Shown here: one piece after another, positions 53,914 to 64,000 of the stretch
How the letters are laid out: every line of letters starts with the position of its first letter
Numbering within the stretch: position 1 is the first letter of the stretch
From: Octopus vulgaris
Taxonomy: Eukaryota
DNA length: 64,000 nucleotides
Reading direction: 5' to 3'
Assembly: GCA_951406725.2 (NCBI GenBank)
Contig: OX597814.1
Span: forward strand, 31,992,001 to 32,056,000
Notes under the pieces: model-generated
The model's input: the letters and a program-made list of their open reading frames with translations, nothing else
Told to the model about the DNA's origin: nothing
Databases searched by the model: none
Translations under genes and position numbers: made by a program

Positions 53914-55245
53914 TATAGACATAATCTTCTTTTCAGATTTATCAAAATATTCACCTGGTTGCTCACTTTCTGAATACTTATTGTGGTCATCTTTATGTAT
54001 TTATGAAGTAGTGCTTACCGTGCGAGATTAAAAGTACATTTTGTTGAAGAAGCGTCTTTTAATCTTATCCGTTGTTTTTGACATGGCCATGAAAGAATAT
54101 TAAAAATTGTATGCATTTCCTTTCAAGTTTATGAGTTTTTTGCATGCATCTAGTATTAATATTGTATAATATAATGTTTATGTTTTGATGTTAAAAGACT
54201 TACTTCTGCTAAGTCAAATGAAATGTTTCTTTTAAGATTTGTAATTCTTCCGCTTAGTGAATAGTTAGCGTTTATTTGTAAGAGATTTGGATTGTGATGT
54301 ATAGGGAAATTATTGTTGATTTATTGGCGAAGCTGTTTTATAACTTTTTATCTGTTTATCGAGTTAATTTTATAAGGAACCGCCCTAATAACGCAGATTT
54401 TCAATTCTACATCTCATGAAAGCGATTACCAATAATGCAGATTAATCTCTTCCTGCTGCAATTTGTGAACAGAAAATTTTTAAAAGGTGTTTATTTATAT
54501 CTGTTCGATTTAAAATTAGATTTGCTTTCTTCTTCAACCGAGAAGGAATATTGGAATATATGTCAAATGACCTTCAATCTTAATCATTTTATAAAATCTT
54601 ACCGAGTGTTTGAGGTATCTCTGCAGTCCCGCTATACAATAAGAGACATTAGAGATACTTACGCACATCTCTATAAACACACATCCCTAGCGTGACTATC
54701 AGCTGGAAATAAAGGTCTATATCACACAGAGGTAGTTATTACAAATCTCGGTAAAGTTAGACAATTCAGTGGTATAATGGTGCGAGTATTATCGTAGTAT
54801 TTATACTCACAAATATTTTGCATATGTACAGGTACACCAGATTTCACTTATTCCAATGCACATACGACATTTTTCTTCGCCTGTTACTCAGATTAATATA
54901 ACACATAATCTTGCCGAATTATTAATTCCTTTTTCAGTTAGTGATGTGCATTCAGAAAGTCTTTGACATTGGTCACAAACATTCTCATAAGCAAGTCTTC
55001 AAATTTCCATGTTCTGTAAGAGATTTAAATTAAAATGTAATAGTCCATGTGTCTTATCGCTTAATTAAATATTTTGTCCGACAGTCCTCTATAGATATGC
55101 ATGAAAGTACAGAGAATCCAAATATCTTTCTTTTGCTGTTGAGGTTGTTTTATTTTACATTTTCTACTGTTTTTGTTGATATTTCACAGTATTAACTCCA
55201 TCACATTTGACTATTACCCTAACTAGTGTGTATTTTACATTTTAC

Positions 55246-55846
55246 ATCATCATCATCATCATCATCATCATCATTTAACGTCCGCTTTCCATGCTAGCAT
55301 GGGTTGGACGATTTGACTGAGGTCTGGCGAATCAGATGGCTGCACCAGGTTCCAATCTGATCTGGCAGAGTTTCTACAGCTGGATGCCCTTCCTAACGCC
55401 AACCACTCCCAGAATGTAGTGGGTGCTTTTAGGTGCCACCCGTACGAGGGCCAGTCAGGCGGTACTGCAAACGACCACGTTCACATGGTACTTTTTACGT
55501 GCCACCAGCACATGAGCCACTCCAGCGGTATTGGCAACGACTTCGCTCGAATGTTTTTTCACGTACTACCGGCACAAGTGCCAATAAGGCCACACTGGTA
55601 CCGATCATGCTCAAATGGTGCTTTTTACATTCCACCGGCACGGAAGCCAGTCAACTGCTCTGGCAACGATCATGCTTGGATGGTGCTCTTAACGCTCCAA
55701 TAGCACGGATGCCCGTCATCGAATTTGATTTTGATTTCACTTGCCTCAACAGGTCTTCGCAAGCAGAGTTTTTTGTCCAATGAAGGAATGGTACGCATAA
55801 GTGGGCTGGTCTTACCCCTGGCATAGGTCACCAGGTTATGGTCTCT
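55246..55846 (-). mobile_element. SINE-like retroposon with a (GAT)n RTE-type 3' tail and internal degenerate tandem repeats
   Basis: (cat)n followed by ttaacgtccgctttccatgctagcatgggttggacg and ggatgcccttcctaacgccaacc. Repeated atggt.ctttttac.tgccacc.gcac units. Confidence 0.7.
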
Positions 55847-58358
55847 TAAAAAATATTATATTGATATTGAACTTGTTAGTGTTGACTCAAATAATAAAAC
55901 TAAATATTGATACATTAGTGAATGTTATACATGTAATAAAATGACGAATACACTAAATGCTTTCTTCATTTTATTTATCTCTTTCACAATAGAAAAAAAA
56001 ACCCTGTCACAAATTTGGGAACAGTTTGAAAAAGTGACCAGCCGCACTATAATGAAAGAATTTTCTGATGCGATGACATAAAGAAGTGGAAAGTAGCAAG
56101 TTTCTACGCGCCTAAAAGAAAAATTATACGCATAACAATTGTTACTCACACATCGCTGTGAGAATAACATGAAGGAAACAAAAAAATGCCGGAGAAAAAA
56201 AATAACCAACAACGATGAAGATATGTGATACAAGCTAAGGTATCAGTGGTCTTAAACCGGTAACAACCAGCAATGATGACTGTATCATTCTTAAAATGCC
56301 ATATTTTGAGGGCGATATGTAGTCCCTTTTGAGGAATGTAACATTACTTGTTCATAAACTACGAAAATGAAACCAATTTCCCGATTGCTCAATAGAGTTC
56401 AGCTTCTGTCCTAGCCTTCAGTCTGTTTCACGACTCTATCAGAGTGTTCGGTGTGCAACAAATAGAAGTTTCACCTACTCTTTCACTTTGAATCCTAAGT
56501 GTACGTTGAGGCATTCTTTAGCAATTTCGTTACGTCAACCGATAATGTAAACAATGCGGTATTTTGGATACCAGATACTGTTGATGTTGCTAGTTTGCTG
56601 CTCTGTACTGCATTTTCACACTTTCTCCCTCACACCGTTTCGTTTGGCCTTCCAAAATTGTTAGGATAAGATGTTCTGAAGTGGTTTTGCTGCTACAGCT
56701 GTTACAGCGGGTATTTCTGGTCACACTGTTTTTGTTTCCCCCACCACTCCAGCAGCGTACATATCCAGAACGCCTTGTGGTTTTGGAAGTGTTAGTACTT
56801 GTGCGTCATTACTTCCGACGTGTCATTTCTCGTGACTACTACATTCAGAACCTAGGCATAATTGCGTGACCAACGAAACAATGAGAAAAGAACTCATTAT
56901 CACTGCTAATTATTATTGCGTTAACCAGTCACTGTGTCTTATGAGCCTAACAACAAGTGCAAATCAGACAATTTTCACTTATTACTTTGCATCGCCCTCA
57001 AACTTGAATACCAAGCTTATATTTCCATATGAATCTTCCCCCCGTCCATGGAAAACACCCTGCTCTATTGAAACTACGCTCTGAACATTCTACTTTTCCA
57101 AACCGGATGTTTATCACTTTTCTCGTTATGAATTTTTGAAAAGCTATCTCTGGCAAAGAGACGCACTATCACGTTTCATTCTATGGCTGAATATTTTCAT
57201 GTCTGAATATTTCGTAACAAAAGTAACGATTATGGATGGCAACAGATAGCCTAAACCGAGCCGGTGCTCTACTCAACTTTTAAACACACAAATCGACTTA
57301 TACCTATTAGTCTAAAATATTTATGATATATATATATACATATATATATATATATCATTATGAAATATGTTGAAATTTTTATAAAATCAATAGTATCGAA
57401 TTATGTAAATTTACTATATATAAATGAATCATCTCAGTTTCAAATGAGGAAGTTTAAATGAGCACCATTTCTACAGAGAGTAAGGCTACATAGTTAAGCG
57501 TATACAAAATAGAAATTTAAAAATCCATATATATATTTAAGAAAGAAAAAGCGAGATATATAACCAAAACATAGGATTTTTGAAAACCGTAATCAAATTG
57601 AAAATTGTATATTTTCTAAGGCAATTATGGTATCATCTAGAACGCGCTGACATTTAAGATTATATTTTTCAATGTTTCATTTTATATACATATATGCTTG
57701 CTTACATTCATACATACATGCATACATACATACATGCATGCATACATACACACTCGTTTATGTACATACATATATATCCTTTTCATTTAAAAATTTGCAT
57801 GTTATTTGAAGGGGGTGCTTTTATATTTTATTTAGAAGAGAGTTAATACAGAAGACAAGGGTTAATACCCTCCCCCAAGTGCAAAACGGAATTACATCGT
57901 AATTCTGCATACTGATAAAATTTCTACAAGGCAGAAACGTCTTTGGTGGTGCTACGAGTAGTAGTAGGAGGAGGAGGAGGACGAAGAATGCAAGCAGCAT
58001 CTGAAGTTGTTGTTTTCGTTGCTGTTGTAATATTCATCATTAAGATGTTATGATGGTGGGAATAATATTAGTGACATTGATATTGATGACGATGGCAACG
58101 TTGAAAGTAAAAGCGTAATATCAGAGTTGCAAGCAAACATGTTCGCAAAGCCATTGAGCTGAAAATAACTTTTTCTGTACCTTTCATTTTTTTTTTAAAG
58201 CCAAAAGCAACATCAAGATAAATAGATAAATAATAAATAAATATAATTAAATATATTTCCTCCCACCTTCAGAAAAAGTAAAATATAAAAAAATAATAAT
58301 AAGTAACAAGAAAACAAGAAAGAAAATGGAAAACAAATCAAAACAACAAGGAAAATAG

Positions 58359-58389
<31 letters not shown>

Positions 58390-60457
58390 TAATAATAACC
58401 AAAAAATAATATTACGCAGTGATCATTGGTCTATGAATAAAATCAAATTTGCATGATAGCTTTAAGCTTAGTTTAAAATGTGTGGAATAGAAAAATATAG
58501 AGAGAGTGGGAGAGAGACAGAGAGAGTAACAGAAAGAGGGAATTATTGCAGGAGCGGGTTTTTAAAAAACTCAATTATAAAATATCAGACCGTTAGCAAG
58601 GAGCCGGCAGTACAAATGCTTTACTTGCAATTCGACACGGATTTGCACATGATAAAGTAAGATCATCATCACTATCCTCACCCTCACCTTCATCACCATC
58701 ATCATCATTATCATAATCATCATCATCATTATCACTTGTGGTGAAGGATTTGTTTTGTGTTTGTTCTTATTGATGTTGGTGTTTGGGATTTTTCTTTTCT
58801 CTTTTTTGCATTGGCCGTCCTAAAGCAGAAACTGCAAGGTAGCTTATGCGGTGTACGAGTTCACTACGAACTTTATTAATTGTCTCTTTGGGCACATAAA
58901 AAAAAACTACTTGCTTCTCGCAGAATTATTTCTTTTCTAAGATAGAGGGAAAAAAATATTATGAAAGATGCAGAAAAAGAAATTAACATGGACGAAAATA
59001 AATAAATAAACTTAACGATTCAGCAAATGAAATAACGAGATAATTCATATTTCGTTTTTTAAAAATATTTCTTATTCTAGAAAGAGTTAGTATTATCTGA
59101 GGTAGTAGAGCGCTGGGATAAAGGCAGTGCACTATTTCCTCTCCTATATGTTGATTTCAGATATTGCCGAGATCAACATTGCTTCTGTTTCCTCCTTGAC
59201 TTCTAAAACATACCAGTAATTTCCTAGTATGAATTCTTTTACGCAAATGGCTAAGATGTTTAATTGCTTCTCGTAAGGTCGTGGTTTCGATTTCCAAACT
59301 GGCCGGCTTATTATGCACTTGAGCCTGATATTTCATTTAATTTTTCTCTATTCAACTCAGTGGAAAATGACTACCTGAAGCAGATGGGAGTTAACCATCC
59401 GATGGACTTGCATCCCGATCATGTTAGATGACAGTTTTATAACATCAGCCTCATAAACATGTGCCAATTCGTGATAAGCTCTGTCCTAATGAGCAAAGAG
59501 GCCCGAGTCAAATTCTAATTTTAAGAGTCTAGTTATTTCTAATGCAAGCACAATGTCAAATTTAGGTTATATATCCCATCAACACTTCTTCTAGGGGCCT
59601 CTAAATTCGTAGAAGCTTATAGTTGGTCGTATTGGCATCAGTATTAGACTCGTAATTATTTTATTGATATAACATTTTAAGAATGCAAATAAATGCCACA
59701 ATGCATTTTACTAGCCCCTCTAAATTACCTCATGTTTTCAAATCCGATGTATTCTAATTACTTCAATTCAATTATATGAACTTATCCTTATTTACGTAAA
59801 ATTATCGACAGTGTCTTCGGCCATTTAAGACATCTCTGGACTGCGATGCATTGAAGTCTATGTTGGTTAGACTCAGCTGATTTAAAATATTCTTTAGGTA
59901 TGTGGCCTTGTGTGGAGTGGTAATTCGGTTTCAGTGTGTGTCCTTATGGAGAGAGAGATGATTTGGAAAATTTTTTATTGATTAAATTTGATATTGCATG
60001 AAGAGACTAGTTCCGAGAATTGGTTGCAAATTTGGTGCATGAATGTGAAAATGTGATAGGATTCATTGGTACAAAGTTGTCAGTTTTTTTTTTTGTTTTG
60101 GTACTTTAGACACTTCTACGTGCATAAATATATTCGAAATAATGACAAATGTAATTACCGTTTTGTCCAAAACTCCACTCCATAACAACCCACATTAAAA
60201 CCTAATTACCACTTGATTCAAACCCACATACCCAAGGAGGATTTAAACTGAAGAGGGGCCATATAAAGATGAGATTAAATTCCCTGTATCGCAGTCCGAC
60301 AATAGCTTAACTCACAGAAAATTCAATAATAAATTTGTTTAAGGATAATAATTTTGTACTCTACAAAGCGCATCAGATTAATGTAAAATTGTTTTTACTA
60401 TAGCTGAACAGAGAAACGAGCATTTACACATATATACATATGTGTGTGTGTGCGTGC

Positions 60458-60515
<58 letters not shown>

Positions 60516-61079
60516 TTGTCTGTGCCTTCACTGAAGGATATAATGAATGCAATTTTTATTAATATTTTTTTCTCGATATAAACAATAATCCTCGTACATC
60601 AACTTTTCATAAAGGCAGTACCATCTGTTGCACAAGCCATAAAATTTCCATGTGCAGCATTGTTTTCCTTGAAAAATACATAACTGATTAAAAAGTTACT
60701 TCATCTTTTGTAAACGTTTTAAACAATCGGGCGAAATAGTTTATTCCTGCAGAGGTTGTCATAAAGAACACATAACATGCTAATTCCGAAGTGTTTCCTG
60801 ATCCTAATGAGTAATTGTTTTATGTTCAGGATTTACTTGCAATTGTTCAACTTGTTTTAATACTTACTCAGATATTTTTAAATGAGCCATGATACAAATG
60901 AGTTATTGAGAAAAATATTCTTGTAATTTTACGCCAAAACTGCTAAATAACAGTTGTAGTATTAACACATACCACTGGGCTAATTAAAGTTACCCCGATG
61001 CTTTAGCAATGAACTTTAAAATATCTTAGGATGCGATTAAACCGTAGTCTACTCCAGATACTTCTTTACACGTCACATC

Positions 61080-61525
61080 TATTTTTTAATAATTATAAGT
61101 CTGAGGAGGGAACTGATTTCCAACAAAGATACAAGGCTCCATCTTTGGGATGTTGTTAACAAAGACAACATGGCATTTGGAACACGAGAGAAGTCTTGAA
61201 TATTTTTACTGTTCCACTCACAGATTGCACTTGTAATGAACGAATTAGCCGGCTGATTTCTCTTCCTGAAAATCTCAGTTTATGCAAATTCTTATTTAAG
61301 CATTTACTAACAAAACCAGTATTCTTTGAGTTGGTGTTTATGAATATATTCCATAACAAAAGGATTTTCTAAGTTTATATCAGGACAGTCCTTTTTGCGG
61401 ATGACATTGTAAATTGTTTTAACAACTTCGTGCCGCATAGGGACGAAGTACCGTGACAACATTTTAAGACATCTGTTAATCACTTGCGTAATGTCTTCCA
61501 CAGAAACATGACATAGCCTACATGG
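61080..61525 (-). mobile_element. R4/Dong-type LINE 3' end (zinc knuckle, truncated RLE region, 3' UTR)
   Basis: Minus-strand CRLCHVSVEDITQVINRCLKMLSRYFVPMRHEVVKTIY..KEYW and SVSGTVKIFKT, then a short UTR ending in a taattattaaaaa tail. Confidence 0.8.
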
Positions 61526-63790
61526 ATGTATGTATGTATGTATGCACAAATATAAATATAAGTAATCATACATACATACTTACATATATGCATACCTACA
61601 TACATAAATGCTAATGCCAGCGGTAGTACTGCTGGGATAGAGGAACGTCTAAACTGTGTTTTTAAAATCATGTCGTTTGCAACTATCGTGACCTAAAGAA
61701 GCCTAATATATGTTATTCTTTTTCACATCTGTTATGAATAAGATTAACACTTTCATACAAGATTTTTGAGTTTTTTTTCAATATGAGGCTATTCCGCTTC
61801 AACTATAACGGTTAACATCAATAACAATAGTTATATCATTACAACCGTATTAGTGACCATTTCACTTGATCTTTGCAATTAAGTCATGGTGTTCTCCGTC
61901 CCTGTGAAAAGGGATGAGATCTCAAGATCACCTATATATATATATACTGGGACAAACCACCCAAATTTATGTCACTTTGTTATAAAACAGTTGCGGCAAC
62001 AGACAACATTCTATGCTCAAAAACCTACTGTCACAGGCAGCACTCTTTATTACGATTCATTTAATATCGGTCCAATTGTGCACTCCTCGCTTCTGAAGTC
62101 ACTGCAGCTAGCATAATATCTGCTGTATTAATTGTTGTCATTGAATGACATACCAAGATGTCGTCCACAATCAGCATACTTGAAATTGAAAGTGTAACAA
62201 TTGTCTCGAATTTGATAAATATTACAAGAATATTCAATGACAACAGTCTGTCTGTATTCTCTTTATTTTTGGCCCTAAATTTACTGTTGTTTCTTTTACA
62301 TACACTGGATATGGAACAAGAGACATGAGACAAAAATAGTACACATACTTTCTTTATGGACTGCCTTAAGAACCATACCCGAGATATTTACAATGCAGAA
62401 GTATAGTCGTATTCAATTAGATGTTTCATTGATAGAGGTATGACGTCTAGACCCAATAAGTACAAAGAAAGTAAAAAGAAATATTCATATTTAACAATTG
62501 GAAATGGGAAAAAACTGTTCTTCAAACCACATATATATGCATTACTGGTCATATATATGCATCACGAATACGAAATGTACCTAGGTACTGAGAACAATGA
62601 TACATTATCGTAGGAGTATTGTAAGCGACTTAAATAGATATGGTAGTCAAAGCTTTCAGTTTACAACTAGATTAGTTGTAAATGCACTTGTACTATGCGT
62701 ACTAATACCAACGTATAGAAACACACTTTGCTTAATAAATACATACATATTAAACTCTCTAGATCCTGAGAACCACAGCAAATTTTCAACGCACAAGTGA
62801 TAAGGACAGAAAGCCAGGAGAGATAGAAATAGGCTTTAGAATAGCACAAGATGACTACGAACGCCGTATGATACCACTTAGACAGCACCCTAAAATATTA
62901 GCAGCAAAAATAAATGCAAGCAAGTCTTGAAAAAGGTAAAGTGAATAACATCCTGTAGGTTGGTAGAGAACTCAAGAAATTCTTACTTATTGATGGCCTC
63001 TCATATGAATTCAAATATACAGGGCTTACATATCTCAGCAAAAACCTGGGAATGAGTCATTTAGCATTCCATAAAACAGATTATTCATGGGCATGTTTCC
63101 CGTAAAATTGAAGAGGGTAATAATATTAACAGGAACGGTAACGTTTCGTAGACTTGTAATCGTACATCGCATCGCATCACGAAGAATACGCTTCCGCAAA
63201 GCACGGGCAGAAGAATAGTTAATAAATATCAAATTAACAGCATAGGGACAGCAAAATAACAGCAAAGTGACAGTAAAAAAGAAGGGCAGCCAAGCATTTA
63301 GAATCCCAATATGCAACTACAAATCTCAATTATGTCACTCTTCCCTCGAGATTATAACGCATGTAGTCAGAAGCTGCTTCAACATATTAACTCCATGTTA
63401 TTGAAGCTAAAACGAAATAGAATGCCATCCGCAGTAAATACTCTCCGTGGATAAAAACAAATTTTACATCTGATATAGAATTCATACACATCAATTTTCA
63501 TATGCGTATATATTGTTGGAATATTACCATAAAAATTTTTACCAAGTGCAAACATAAGTGGTCAGACAGCTATTTCGAAAAGAATAGAAAACCTAGTGTG
63601 GTCATAGATTGATCTGAGAGATGGCTTTGTGTTACTGTTATTTTCTATAATTTTGTTCCTACAATATATATACACATATATACAAATGATTTTCTATAAT
63701 TTTGTTATTTCTATAATTATATTATATATATGTATATTATATTTATAATTACATATTATATAATTATATATATATATATTATAATTATAT

Positions 63791-63839
<49 letters not shown>

Positions 63840-64000
63840 ATTTTCTATAATTTTGTTCCTATAATACTCGTACTATTATATACAAATGATCCCCCTTCAA
63901 AGTCCAACCGTTCTCATCACCGTGGTGCTGGGGGTGGCAAAGGCATATAGTAACTATGCTGGTTAAACATCTCTGGCCAGGGGAAAGACCTGGTCACCTA

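Noticed and set aside
62061-63316. Non-repetitive ORFs at 62061-62333 and 63035-63316
   Set aside because: No recognisable domain or exon structure. The VDDIL match alone is too short to call an RT.

Overview
AT-rich, microsatellite-dense, repeat-dominated eukaryotic DNA with no host protein-coding gene that I can support. Most listed ORFs are translations of (TA)n/(CA)n tracts or SINEs. The repeat families look like those of an Octopus-type cephalopod genome (inference): three tRNA-headed SINE families, an RTE-tailed SINE, decayed R4/Dong and RTE LINE pieces, and non-autonomous Helitrons. The hidden signal is a dense population of short elements beside or inside (TA)n tracts. Many are folded back into inverted repeats and carry minimal type I hammerhead ribozymes (stem I - CUGANGA - stem II - GAAA - short palindromic stem III - NUH - stem I). 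I count about ten near-intact motifs and several decayed ones, from many sequence-unrelated families. A decayed Penelope-like element (PLE) ORF fragment at ~23.8-24.1 kb points to the likely mobilising machinery. Standout details: (1) a hammerhead with a compensatory G3-C8 core swap in two copies, one of them a twin-primed insertion with an 11-bp TSD; (2) a 571-bp monomer present as a head-to-tail repeat plus a circularly permuted inverted copy; (3) elements with hammerhead-like cores on both strands; (4) a shared 3'-tail motif across divergent families. All folds were read by eye and none was computed or tested. Coordinates of decayed repeats are approximate.
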